Part shown: in pieces, positions 22,974 through 35,933 of the stretch
How positions within the stretch are numbered: the stretch's first letter is position 1
Layout of the letters: the number at the start of each line of letters is the position of its first letter
NCBI RefSeq assembly: GCF_030684315.1
Contig: NC_081371.1
Span: 26,221,440-26,285,439 of the forward strand
DNA from: Stegostoma tigrinum
Taxonomy: Eukaryota
DNA: 64,000 nt
Reading direction: 5' to 3'
Notes under the pieces: generated by a model
What the model was told of the DNA's origin: nothing
The model's database searches: none
The model's input: only the letters and a program-made list of their open reading frames with translations
Translations under genes and position numbers: made by a program

Positions 22974-25900
22974 ATTCATAGAGCCATGAAGATGTATAGC
23001 GTAGAAACAGACCTTTCAGTCCAACATGTCCATGCCAACCAGATATCCTAAATAAATTCAGTCCCATTTTCCAGAATGTGGCCCATATCCCTCTAAACTC
23101 TTCCTATTCATATACCCATCCAGATGCCTGTTAAATTTTGTAATTGTACCAGCCTCCACCACTTTCTCTGGCACCTCATTCCATACACACAACACTCTCT
23201 GCATGAAAAGTTGCCCCTTAGGTCACTTTTTGATCTTTTTCCTTTCACCTTAAACCAATGATGTCTAGTTTAGACTCCACACCCCAGTGGAAAGACTTTG
23301 GCTATTTACCCAATCCATGGCCCTCATGATTTTATAAACCTCCAACACTCCAGGGAATATAGTCCCAGCCTATTCAGCCTCTCCCTATAGCTCAAACCTC
23401 CACCTCTGGCAACATCCTTGTAAATCTTTTCTGAAGCCTTTCAAGTTTCACAATATCCTTCCTGTAGCAGGGAGACCAGAATTGCACGCAGCATTCAAGA
23501 AGTGGTTGAACCAATGTGCTGCATAGCTACAACATGACCTCCCAACTCCTATATTCAATGCATTGACGAATAAAGGCAAGCATACCCAAGCACCTTCTTC
23601 ACTATCCTATCTACCTTTGACTCCACTTTCAAGGAACTATGAACCTGCACTCCAAGGTTTCTTTGTTCAGCAACATCCCTCAGGACAGTTACCATTAAGT
23701 GTATAAGTCCTGCCCTAATTTGCCTTTCCAAAATGCAGCACCTCACATTTATCAAAATTAAAATCCATCTGCCACTCCCTGGTCCATTGGCCCATACGAG
23801 CAAGATCTTGTTATACTCGGAGGTAACCTTCTTCAATGTCCATTACACCTCCAATTTTGATGTCATTCGAGAAACTTAATAATCATATTTCCTATGTTCA
23901 CATCCAAATCATTTATATAAATGAAGAAAATCAGTGGACCCAGCTCTGATCCTTGTGGCACACTGCTGGTCACAGGCCTCCAGTCTGAAAAGCAGCCCTG
24001 CACCATCACAGTTTGTCTCCTACCTTTGAGCCAGTTTTGTTTCCAAATGGTTAGTTCTCCCTGTATTCCATGTGATCTAACCTTGTTGAATGCCTTTCTG
24101 AAGTCCATATAGATCATGTCAACCACTCTGCCCTCGTCAATCCTCTTTGTTACTTCTTCATAAAACTCAGTCAAGTTAGTGAGACATGATTTCCCAAGCA
24201 CAAAGCCATGTTAACTGTCCCTAATCAATCCTTACCTTTCCAAACACGTGTAAATCCTACCCCTCAGGATTACCTCCAACAACTTGCCCAGCATTGATGT
24301 CAGGCTTACCAGTCTGTCATTCCCTGGGTTTTTCTTACCACATTTCTTAAATTGTGGCACCACATTAGCTAACTTCCAGATTTCCAGCGTCTCACCTGTG
24401 GCTATTGATGATACGCATATCTCAGCAAGGGGCCCAGCAATCACCCACCTAGTTTCCCACGGAGTTCTAGGGTAAACCTGATCAGATCCCGGAGATTTAT
24501 CCACCTTTATGCATTTTAAGCTATCCAGCACCTCCCCCTCTGTAAATGGACATTTTCCTAGAGGTCGCTATTTATTTCCCTACATTCACTGTCTTCCATA
24601 TCCTCATCCACAGTAAAACTGATGCAAAATACTCTTCTAGTTTCTCCACCATCTCCTGTGGTTTAACACATAGGTGGCTTTGCTGATCTTTAGGGGACCC
24701 TATTCTCCCCCTAATTATCCTTTTGTCTGTTAAGTACTTGTAGAATCCCCTAGATTCTCCTTAACCATTTTGGCAAAGGTATCTCATGCCCACTTTCTGT
24801 CCTCCTGATGTCCCTTAGGTATACCCTTACTGCCTTTATACTGTTTTAGGTATTCACTCAATCTCTACTGTCTATCCCTGATATACGCTTCCTTTTTTTT
24901 CTTGACCAAATCCTCAATTTCTCTCGCCATCCAGCATTCCTTACACCTGCCAGCTTTGCCCTTCACTCTAATAATAACATATCGTTTTTGGACTTTTGGT
25001 GTCAGATTTTTGAAGCTTCCCATTTTCCAGCCATCCCTTTGCCTGTAAATATCTGCCATCAATTAACTTTTGCAAGTTCTTGCCAAATACCATCAAAATT
25101 GTGCTTCTTCCAATTTAGAGCTATAACTTTGAGATTTGGTCTATCCTTTCCAATCATTGCTTTAAATGATTAACTATGGTCACTGGCCCCAAAGTGCTCC
25201 AGCACTGACACCTCAATCACCTGCTCTGACTTGTTTCCCAAGAGCAGGTCACGTTTTGCACCTTCACTGAAGGTACATCCACATACCGAATCAGAAAATG
25301 TCCTTGTACACACTTAACAAATTCCTCTCCATCGAAGCCCTTAACACATTGGCAGTCCCAGTCTCCATTTGGAAAATTAAAATCCCCTACTGTAGTTACC
25401 CTATTATTCTTACAGATATCTGAGATTGCCTTTCAAATTTGCTCCTCAATTTCCCATTGACTATTGGAGAGGGCCTGTAGTACAATCCTAATAAGGTGAT
25501 TATCCCTCCCTTTTTCCTCAGTTTCATGCAAATAACTTCTCTGGTTGTATTCCAGGAATAGCCTCCCTAAGTACAGCTGAAATGTTATCCCTAATCAAAA
25601 ATGCGATTCCCCCTCCCGTCTTGCTTCCCTGTCTATCCTTCCTATTAGCACTTGTGCCCTGGAACATTAAGCTGCCAGTCCTGCCCATCCCTGAGCCACA
25701 TCTCTGTAATTACTATGATGTCCTAATCCCATGTTCCCAACCATGCCCTGAGTTCATCTGCCTTACCTGTTAGGGCTCTTGCTTTGAAGTAAATGTAATT
25801 TAATTTATCAGTCCTACCTCATTCTCTGCTTTGTTCCTGTCTGTCCTGACTGTTTGACTTGCTCCTTTTCCCAACTGTACCAGGCTCAAACTGATCTCTT

Positions 25901-26036
25901 TCCTCACTATCTCCCTAGGTTCCCATCACCTACCCCCTTAACTAGTTGAAATCCTCCTAAACAGCTCTAGCAAATCTCCCCACCAGTATATTAGTCCCCT
26001 TCCAGTCCAGGAGCAATCCATCTTTCTTATATAGGT
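22974..26036 (-). mobile_element. Long degenerate CR1 LINE (endonuclease to RT to 3' UTR) in lectin intron 2
   Basis: Fragmented minus-strand ORFs 23555..23836, 23863..24201, 24232..24531 and 24865..25062 contain KSPG, SCLTNL, MDFRKAF and VPQGSELGP. Confidence 0.88.
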
Positions 26037-27194
26037 CTTGGTTTGAAGCCATTTGAAACCTGAATGAGATTGCTGTCCAGTGAGAAATCCCAAGATTTAT
26101 TCTATCCATAAATACAAGGTGATTTCTTAAATCAGTCTCCCATGATTTAGTATATCGGGCTTAAAATCCATACCCTCCCAGTTTTAGGTGCGGGGAGCTG
26201 CAATTACTTTGTGCCTGGTCATGCTGAGGAAGGCATCACACAAACTTTGTACAGCCTCCTCATGAGACTAATTATAATCTCAGTTGGGCATTGTTGAACA
26301 TTCAACAGGCACCCAGCAGTATGCATGGTTAACATGGAACTTAGTACATCCACGTGGAACTATTCTGAGGCCAGCAAGAGGCCTGACAGGTAAGGCAGAT
26401 GAACTCAGGGCATGGGTAGGTACATGGGACTGGGATATCTCTTAATGATGACTTGCTCCTCTTAAATGGAACTGTACTCCAGTTCTGCTAACTGCCAGTA
26501 TAACAGTTGTATACATGGAGGAGTTAAATCAATGAAGTACTATGGAAGGAAGAGAATTCTTAAGTTCAGATGTAGTGCTTGAGGGCTTGGTAATGAAATT
26601 TGAACAGGTGGAGGGGAGCCAAGGGATAGAATTTGGTTTATCCATTTTGAGGGATGGTGGTCATAATTACCTGCTCACCCAGTTCCATATAAATTTTATT
26701 TCGCTAAAATAAAACAAATTGCTGGAGAAGCTCATTAGAACCAAACGTTTAAAACATTAACTCCGTTTTCTCCCTGTAGATATAGCCAGATCTGCTAAAT
26801 TCCTCCAGAAATTTCTGTTTTTGTTTTAAATTTTAATTTCACTTCATTTTCATGGTTGTAACATGGCCCTAAATGGATCCTGTGTTGCATTCCTTTCTCT
26901 TTAACACATTAGTGTAACTGACCTCTAAAGTAATATTCAGAAAAATACAAATTGTCTGGATTGTCACAGAAAGTACTTGTGCAGTGTTCTTGAAGGGAAA
27001 TATAAGGTTAGTAGACAATCATCACAGCAATCATCCAGACGTTGGTCCTTGATAGCAATTCTGCTGAGGTTTTCTTTATTATAAGATTTTAATTAGAATT
27101 ACTGACTGGAGAACTGTAATCACATTGAAACTAGATGGAACTGAACATGACTGGAGGGGAAAAAAATCACAAACCATTTTATTTTAATTTCAAG

Positions 27195-27335
27195 GTGTCT
27201 TGTCAAATGTACGCAAGAGGTGCTCATCTTGTCTCCATACATGGGGATGAACAAAATCAGTTCATTCAGGGGTTGATAAAGCAGAAGAATCCAGTACAAC
27301 CCAGCATGTGGATTGGACTAAGTGATTGTCACAAG
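27195..27335 (+). CDS. Secreted C-type lectin-domain protein, coding exon 3
   Basis: TTTCAAG acceptor; 141 nt, phase 0-0; VSCQMYARGAHLVSIH...MWIGLSDCHK; AAG|GTAAAA donor. Confidence 0.92.
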
Positions 27336-28431
27336 GTAAAACTGTTTTGAGAGATTGTAACCTGGACATTTACTGTTAGAACAATTCGTTTATTTACTAA
27401 TTTCTCAATTTTTTTCTGTGAATGTAACAATTTTCTTCAGCTGTGGTAAAATCTCTATTTCAATGAATATCCATTGACTATCAATGACGCAGCTGAATTA
27501 GTAGTCTGAATTTTTAATGTTATTAGGTCCATCCCTCCCCCCAAGTCCTCCTCAATTAACCCACCCAACATTAATCAGTTCATTGAAATGTCCACATATT
27601 GATTCCATTCTTGCATATCTGAATAATGTTGTAGATTTTTTAGCATCTGGGCCAATGACTTCTGGAGTCTTCCAGAAATCAATACTTCTTCACCCATCAT
27701 CATTTACACGTTGCCTCTTAGTGAATCACGTCAATGTAGGTTGACAAACATCCAGTTTTATTTCTTTATTATCTGTCTGACTGCTCCACTGATTTGGTGC
27801 TAAACAGCTTGCCTGACGCCCATTCCTGACTGAGTCTTTTATGCTATCAGCAAAATATTGAAAAGGCTAAAGCTGTCACATTTGGTCCCCAGCAAAAATT
27901 CTGTAACCTTGCAATTGATTCCATCTCTCTCCCTAGCCTATTCTTAGTTTCAAAATGAATTTCTGGATTAATTTTCTCTTTATCACAAAGATTCTGATTC
28001 TATTACATTTGCATCCCTGTCAACATCTTCATTCTTAAAGTTTATATTCCTCTAGTTAGATGCTTAGTGCTCTCTTCCACATCCTTTGCCTCAAAATCAG
28101 CAACAGCACCTTCAGAAGTCTAAAGTGCACACTCTGGGATTCCTTTTTCAAACTTCCCCACTCCTTTTATCCTTTAGGATTACTTCCATATCTTCTTTAT
28201 GAAGTCTAATCATCAAACTTGAGACTCACCATTTCTTTGAATCAACATTTCTTTATGCTAAAGGCACCATTTAGATGATGCCTTTGTTGTATTTGTAGTG
28301 TTAGTTATAATGGACGGGCTGATCTATAAACTTCTAGGAGTGCAGGTTTGACAGTTGATGCGGACTGTAATTTCCAACTTTATATTATGTGAATTGATAT
28401 TTTGTCATTAATGATATTATTTCTCATGAAG

Positions 28432-28543
28432 GAGGGCATTTACCTCTGGACTGATGGATCTGTGCTGGATTTCACAAAGTGGAGTATTGACCAGCCTAAT
28501 GATGAATCAGACTCAGAAAACTGCGTGAGCGTTAATTCTGAAG
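28432..28543 (+). CDS. Secreted C-type lectin-domain protein, coding exon 4
   Basis: 112 nt, phase 0-1; EGIYLWTDGSVLDFTKWSIDQPNDESDSENCVSVNSE; AAG|GTACAT donor. Not in the supplied ORF track. Confidence 0.92.
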
Positions 28544-29332
28544 GTACATTGAGATTGTAAACTATGTTATGATGCTTAATAATTTTAGAACCATGAAAAA
28601 TTTGATGTTATGAACAATGGGGAAAATTATCACCCAATAATAGCCATCACTGAGATTTGCATTCCAACTAAACATGAGCATTTAATCACTATTAAACTAA
28701 GAAGTGACCAGGCTGAACTCTGCATTGACAGTGTTGGCATTTAGATTCAGATATATTTTTGTCTAAAAGGGCTTTCTAAGATTGTCCTGATATCCATCAG
28801 TTAAAAAAAACTTTTTTTGATGAAAGCTCCACAAGTTAAAATAATGAAATCATTGGTACAGTATCATAAATCAATTTCATTTGATACTTTGATAAGATCT
28901 ATAATGTATATCTTCCTCATTTTTCTGGAATACCCCTGTTGCTTGAAATGTTGTAAAAGTTCTTTGTTAAGCCAACAACTTTCTAATGAACCAAATACTT
29001 ATTGCTCCCTTTCAAGAGACAGTGTTGAATTTTATTCAATATCGGAGATGCAGACATTGCCAGCAAAGGAATTAAAATGAACAATCTGTTTTCACTGGAG
29101 AGCTTCATTATTCAATTGAAGGATTTTTCAAACAATGCCTGGTTCTGGCAACAACTCCCACCCAGCCCTCATAATTAATTTGCCTTCACATCCAGCTGCA
29201 GCACTGATCACTTCTGAGGACTGGATGCTGTCCCAGCTCTGGCCATTGTTCACAATTGCACTTCTGGGAACAGACAGCTGCTGGTAATTTAATTGGATTT
29301 TCTCCCAGAATGGGGTGGTAGGTCTGGGTCAA

Positions 29333-29985
29333 AAACATAAGAACATAAGGACTAGGAGCAGGAGAAGGACATCTGGCCTCTCGAGCTTGCCCTGCCATTT
29401 AATAAGATCATGGCTGATATTTTTGAGACTCAGCTCCACTTACCCACCCACTCACCTTTAACCCTTAATTCCTTTACTGTTCAAAAATTTATCCTAGCCC
29501 TGCCTTAAAAACATTCAATGAGGGAGCTTCAACCACTTCATTGGGCAGGGAATTCTACAGATTCATGACCCTTTGTGAAGAAGTTCCTCCTGACCTCAGT
29601 CCTGCATCTGCTTCCCTTCATTTTGAGGCAATGCCCTCTAATTCTAGTTTCACCTGCTGGCGGAAACAACCTTCCTGCCTCCTCTTTATCTATTCCCTTT
29701 GTAATCTTTTAGGTTTCTATAAGATCTCCCCTCATTCTTCTGAATTCCAATGAGTATAATCCCAGTCTACTCAGTCTCTCCTCAGAATCCAACCCTCTCA
29801 ACTCTGGAATCAATCGAGTGAATCGTCTCTGCACCCCCTTCTGTGCTAGTATATCTCTTCTCAAGTAAGGAGACCAAAACTCCATGTGTCACCTCACCAG
29901 GACCCTATACAGCTGCAGCATAGCCTCCCTGCTTTTATCCCTTGAGCAATGGCAGACAAAATTCCATTTGCCGTTTAATCACCTG
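29333..29985 (-). mobile_element. CR1 3' fragment
   Basis: AACATAAGAACATAAG is the reverse complement of a CR1 tail, followed by degenerate C-terminal ORF2 sequence. Confidence 0.8.
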
Positions 29986-29989
29986 TAAG

Positions 29990-31420
29990 AAGTTACAACT
30001 AGTAGAGTTGACAAGGGAGAACCAATCAATATAGTATTTTGAACTTACAGAAAGCATTTAACAAAGTTCTACATAAGAGATTAATGTGCAAAATTGAAAC
30101 ACATGGGATTGGGAAAAGTGTTTTAAATGGATTGGAAACTGGGTGGCAGAGGGGAAATGGGTGCTTTTCAAATTGGCAGGCAGCAACTAGTGAGATGTCA
30201 CATGAATTGTTGCTGGGACTGCAGCTATTCACAATATATAGTAATGATTTGGATGAGGGAACAGAATGTAACATCTCCAAGTTTGCAGATGATACCAAGT
30301 TGGGTGGGAGGCAAACTGTGATGAGGATGCAAAGATCCCTCAGCATGATCTCGACAGGTTGGGTGAGTGAGAGAATCAATGGCAGATGCAGTATAATTTG
30401 GATAAATATGTGGGTATTCACTTTGGAAACAAAGACAAGAAGGCAGATCACTGCCTGAATGGCTGTAAATTGGGAGAGGGGAGTGTGCAGTGGGACCTGG
30501 GTGTCCTTGTGCACCAGTTACTGAAGGTAAGCATGCAGGTGCAGCAGGGTGTAAAGAAGGCAATTGGTATGTTGGCCTTCATTGCGAGAGGTTTGAGTAC
30601 AGGAGCAGGGGTGTATTATTGCAGTTATACAGGGCCTTGGCGAGGCCACACCTAGAATATTGTGTGCAATTTCGTCTCATTTTCTGTGTAAGGATGTCGT
30701 TGCTCTCGAGAAAGTTTACTGAAGGTAGTGAGTTTTGAGAAGATTTGTAGCTCAGGTTGAGGTTCTGGATGTAATTTTGCTCGCTGAGCTGGAAGGTTTG
30801 TTTTCAGACGTTTCGTCACCATTCTAGGTAACATCATCAGCTTCACCGGAGGCTCACTGATGATGCTACCTAGAATGGTGATGAAACGTCTGAAAATGAA
30901 CCTTCCAGCTCAGCGAGCAAACTTACATTTACTGAAGGTTTACCAGCCTGATTCTGGGGTTGGCATGTCTCATTTATGAGGAGAGATTGACTGGGTCAGG
31001 ACTGTTTTCGCTAGAGTTTAAACAAATGAGGGGGACATAGAGACTCATTAAATTCTAATAGGACTGGACAGAGTAGATGCGGAGAGGATGTTCCCAATGG
31101 TAGGTGTGCCGAGAGCCAGGGGTCACAGTCTGAGGATTCAGGGAAGACAATTTAGGATGGAGATGAAGAGACATTTCTTCTCTCAAGAGTGGTGAGCCTG
31201 TGGAATACATTACCACAGGAAATAGTTGATGCCAAAATGTTCAGTGTATTCAACAGGTGGCTGGATATAGCACTTGGAGCGAGTAGGATCAAAGGTTATG
31301 GGGACAAAGCAGCATTAGGCTATTGAGTTGAATGATCAGCCATGATCGTGAAGAATGGGTAGAGCAGACTCAAAGGACTGAATCACCTCTTCCTGCTCCT
31401 TACCTTCTCAGTTTCTACAT
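29990..31420 (+). mobile_element. CR1 RT/3' fragment, interrupted by the PLE mini-element at 30727-30927
   Basis: ORFs 30039..30458 (LQKAFNKV, ISKFADDTKLGG) and 30490..30738 (LYRALARPHLEYCVQF). Confidence 0.85.
30727..30927. mobile_element. Palindromic PLE-derived mini-element (Poseidon-type end) with two divergent hammerhead motifs and 12-bp TSD
   Basis: TSD TTTACTGAAGGT at 30715-30726 and 30928-30939. Hammerhead cores at 30804-30840 (-) and 30854-30893 (+), both ending GAAAC-GUC-UGA. Same family as 10628-11370. Confidence 0.9.
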
Positions 31421-32351
31421 TTTGAAGCCCAATTAATGGCTTGATGTTTCTTAAATGGCTGCTGGAAGAGACTGGAAAACTGGGGCAAGACCTTTTACAC
31501 TAGTACGCAACTCACTATTTGGTCACTTATTGTGATTTTTCTCTAGATCGGCCAATCATAACACATACTTGCAATTATTTAGTGTCTGTAATAACCAGCA
31601 AATAGATGTCTCAGTGCTTTACAGCCAAATGAAATATTTTTGAAGTGTAAGCCTTATGTAATATAAGAAGTAGCCAAAAGTTGACTTTGGTGTCAATTAA
31701 GGCTCTTGAATCTGGACAGTGTGTCAGAAGCCTTACTTCTTGGAAGGTACAAGGCTGTGATGGTGAGTAAAGGCATTTTAAAATGACTGGTTAATTAAAA
31801 ACAACTTTACATCCTTTTACCTCATTTGAATCCATGAGTTAGTTCTTTTGAAGGACAATTCCTAAAATGATAAGAATCTAGTTATGAAGATGAAATTGGT
31901 TCTAATCTTAAAAAGATTTCAAACATATCCAATAAAAACACTTGGAAAGAAAATGTGCTATGTTCTAAAATTAACAATAACTTGGAAAGTAGTGGTGGCA
32001 TTTCTTCAAAATCAGCACCCCCACATTCTCTAGATTATCTATTCATGTCCGTGTGTTTGTCCATATCAAGAGATTCCAATGACGCGTGGGAAATTTTGAA
32101 TAACAAAAAGAATTAATTGAGTTATTGAAATATGATTGGTGAAGGTAGTTCTTAACACTGTTCATAAATGCTTTTTCACCTCCAAAAGTCAGAAAGGAAT
32201 ATGTCTAGTTTTTTTTTCAGTACTGAACTGTCTAATCTAGCATTCATACATTAAATCCAAATAGAAGAAATACATGTGTATAAAACAGTCATTCATTGAC
32301 AACCATATCTGTGACAGAAACTATTCATCATAACAATTACTTTTTTTTCAG

Positions 32352-32425
32352 GTATTGAAGGCAAATGGCATGAGAGAGTGTGTTCAGATGAACTTCCATT
32401 TATTTGTTCCTACAAGCTCTTCTGA
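32352..32425 (+). CDS. Secreted C-type lectin-domain protein, last coding exon
   Basis: T-rich CAG acceptor, phase 1; (G)IEGKWHERVCSDELPFICSYKLF then TGA. Total CDS 55+836+141+112+74 = 1218 nt, 405 aa. Confidence 0.92.
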
Positions 32426-32525
32426 ATTTAACATACTCGCCAAATCTTTGTGGATCCTATTGCTTTGCTTCATAGTCTGGTACTACAGTTTAAAGTCATT
32501 CTAATGGCTTACATCAGCATAAAAA

Positions 32526-32548
32526 AATAAACACATCTGCATAATAAA
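32526..32548 (+). terminator. Tandem polyadenylation signals of the lectin gene
   Basis: AATAAA at 32526-32531 and 32543-32548, about 100-120 nt after the stop, followed by T-rich sequence. Confidence 0.7.
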
Positions 32549-34435
32549 CTATTTTGTTTTAATTTATTTGCTCAGACAGGCACATGATCACTCATTCTTT
32601 AAATATTGAATTAGTAACAATATGCTTGAGAGTTGGAATAAAACAAAATCTCATATAACTCATTTGGATAAAGTTTATTCTCGTGTGCCATTCATAAACC
32701 ACAGTGAACTTATGTGAATTTAAATTAAGGTGCAATATATGATTGAAGTACTAATAAAGTAACTTTACCATTGTTTTCCCATACACTGTAAATAACAGTT
32801 CAGTAACCTGTTCCAGAAAACAATATCTTATTGTGTTGGAAAATCTCTGTTTCTCCTTGCTGGGAACAGGAGATGAAACATAAAATCAGAGGCATAGACA
32901 GTCAATTGGGATATTTCAGAAAAAATGCTATGAAGCTTGGGAATTAGCTATATGCTTCAAAGGAGAAAAATAACTTGCACAGCTTTAGAAAAGAGAAGTG
33001 AAAATTGCTGGTAGCACTTTCAAACATTAGCAAAAGTAACTGAATTGCACCCTTCTGTACTGTATGATTCTATGACTGAGCAGTCAAGCTCAGTAAAGAC
33101 TGTGAAAAGGAGTTGTCAGAATTTTTTAAGTCAGAAAAGAAGTGTGGGGAAGCTTAATGTGTTCATTCTTTTGTACTACAATGCTAAGATGAATTATATC
33201 AATTGAAACAAATGGATCTGATCATAACTGTTGCCCTGTATGTTCATTCAAAAGAAATAAAACAACTTAAAATAACTGGTGACTTTGACTGAACAAATTT
33301 GCTGGTTCTGTCTTCTGAGAGATTGAAGGAGTACATGCACAGATGACAATTAAATGAATATTAAGTTGGTGCCAATACGAAGTTACATATTGAGCAGTAT
33401 GAACTTTACAGTAACTTAAAGGAAACTGAGACAAGGCTTTAACTGTTTAAAATGATGCAAAAGGTCATGCTGTGGTATCAAATACTCAAAAGTTTGCTTT
33501 CAGTTTATCTCCCTTTTGTTTTGTTTTTATTCACTAAATTCAATTTTATTCATGTTTGATGCTTGTGAAATGGTGAACTTGCAAAATGATGCTACTGATA
33601 TTCAGTCAAGTTTGCTAAACAAAATTGGATAATCCAAAAAATTTATTTGAACAAACATTCAGTATCAAACCAGATTCCTGAAAGCACAGGAGCTGAGATG
33701 AATGCACAGTAGGAGTTACACAGTTACATTGTATAGATCTCAATACAGTTAATGAATATTGCAATCATATATTACATCTGTCTTTTTTAACATTCCATCT
33801 CCATATAACAGGTGAGGAATATTTTCTGTTGCCATCACCATTCAAAAAATAAGATGGTCAAATATTTCCACTTTTACGACAAAAGATCATGCCAACTTTT
33901 AGGAAAAAGTAGAAGGAGCAAGTCCCTCAAATGAGATTAGCAAAATATCCTCAACTTGGTTTAATAAGAGTAGAACTTTCTAAGAGGAAATGGAACTGTT
34001 ATCATACTTAAATCAGAGCTACAGTAAAAGCAGACAAGAAGGAAATGTGCATATTTAAAGACATGGGTAGTAACAGTGATAACTCTCATTTCCCAAATTG
34101 AAAACCTAATAGGCACAGTCACCAATGATATGTGTTCCACATAAATACCACATCTGTTAGACTTGGCTCTTCTGCAGTGCATTCTATCCAATTAGTAAGA
34201 CAATATTTCTTTACATTAGCTAAACCTGCTTGCTTTAAAAAAGAGTAATAACCTTTATAAACCTGCAATCAAGGAGAAACACAAACCATAAAACGATGCA
34301 GCTAACGCAATTGAGTAAATTCCCTCAAGTGAGCAATATGTTTATATGATTCAATACGATCATTTGCAAAGTGATTCTATTAGCTTTTTGGGGACAATGG
34401 TGGAGGAAAAACAAAGTGTTGTAAAGCCTTGGTTA

Positions 34436-34520
34436 CACCTGAAGAAGGACTGAGGCTCTGAAAACTCGTGTTTTCAAATAAACTTATCAGATTATAACTT
34501 GGTGTCATGTGATTTCTGAC
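34436..34520 (+). mobile_element. Degenerate PLE terminal fragment of another family, with hammerhead motif
   Basis: CAC-CTGAAGA-AGGACTGAGGCTCT-GAAAACTC-GTG (stem I CAC/GTG) followed by AAATAAAC...TATAACTTGGTGT. Confidence 0.6.
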
Positions 34521-35520
34521 CTACGTTAAATTGAGCAGAGTCAAACTGTAAACAGATCTATTAAACAAAGGCCATTAAATCCTCTTGAAAGTACAACTTG
34601 TAGGCAAGGAAATTTAATCTAATTTGATCAAGCTAATTTTGTTGTCATATAGTGAGGAAATAAAGACTTTCCCAGTATCTCAGTTTGTAAAGGAAAGACT
34701 TTTTTTAAGATGTACTTGTGAATAAACACTGAACAATTTTCAACATAAATTGAACAAAGGTAGATGGATTGTTCCAATTGATGTGGTTTCTAATACAATT
34801 GGTATGACGTCAAATAAACCTATTGTTTATTGGCTATCTAAAACCTTGTTTTCTCAAAATCCTGTGTGAGAAAGAGTTGAAGGCTGAACTGATGACAAAG
34901 AAGTTATAAGGATAACATTGGGAACTAAAAAGGTCTTTAGAATAGTTTTTAAAAATCTTGTCCAAGAAAGTGATAAGTATATTTCAAACATTTTTGTAAT
35001 TTAACCTATAATACACATTAATCTGATACAATTAAATATGTGTCCAAAACTAGGTAAGCGGTGGGCATTTACAACCTACCAATTGAAGACATATCACTTG
35101 TATCCAAGCACAAGCTCTCACTAAACCACTGCTCTCATTCAGACAGGTCATTAGAACCAGAGGGAAAAAGACTCTGCACTCTGTTTGAGGTTGGAGAGAG
35201 ACTATTTCTGGAGGGACAGAACACCCTGTAGACACCAGTCTTTGGAGCAAATTAGACTGATACTAAGGTCCCACTTGAGGCCACAACACCAACCAGCACA
35301 TACCAGAAAAAAAGCATGCGACATAACGCAGTTTTCTGATGTGCAATGGCTGCGTGCAATAATTGTCTGGTCATGCACAGACTTACAAAATCAATCCATA
35401 ATTAGTAGAAATCAAAAGTGTTAAATTCCCAGGTAGTACTTATCCTTTAAGCAAAAAAAAATGTCACATCTCCCCATAATATCATTATCAGCCACAGATT
35501 GTCCAGAAACAAACAATTTC

Positions 35521-35792
35521 CTACATTTTATTACTAAACTGGATCACATATTCTGGGTAAATGTGATATTTCTCGAATATGACAAACAAAGATGGATTAT
35601 CCACACAGTCAACGCAGCTATCATAGGGTTTGAAGCTTGTGACATCTTGGGATGGTGGCCGATCATAGCTTGGATGTCCTTTAGTAAACTTTCCTACCAA
35701 AACCCGTGCCAAAAACATGATTTTGAAATTTGCTGTAGAATCTGAGTGCAAGTCAAAGTTGGCATTGGAAGCTTTTACGGCAAAATACGTCC
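35521..35792 (-). CDS. PARP12/ZC3HAV1-like protein, last coding exon (PARP domain C-terminal half)
   Basis: CTTTTCTTTTCTTCAG acceptor, phase 1; (G)TYFAVKASNANFDLHSDSTANFKIMFLARVLVGKFTKGHPSYDRPPSQDVTSFKPYDSCVDCVDNPSLFVIFEKYHIYPEYVIQFSNKM then TAG. Confidence 0.93.
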
Positions 35793-35933
35793 CTGAAGAA
35801 AAGAAAAGTATGCAAAGCTGTTAAATTCTACAGATGGGGAAAAGAAACAACTTCTTCTCAAAGATTCTCTAATTAAAAACAAGATTATAAGAAGAAAATG
35901 GAATAATCAAGCTATTTCCCATCTCAAAGAGAG

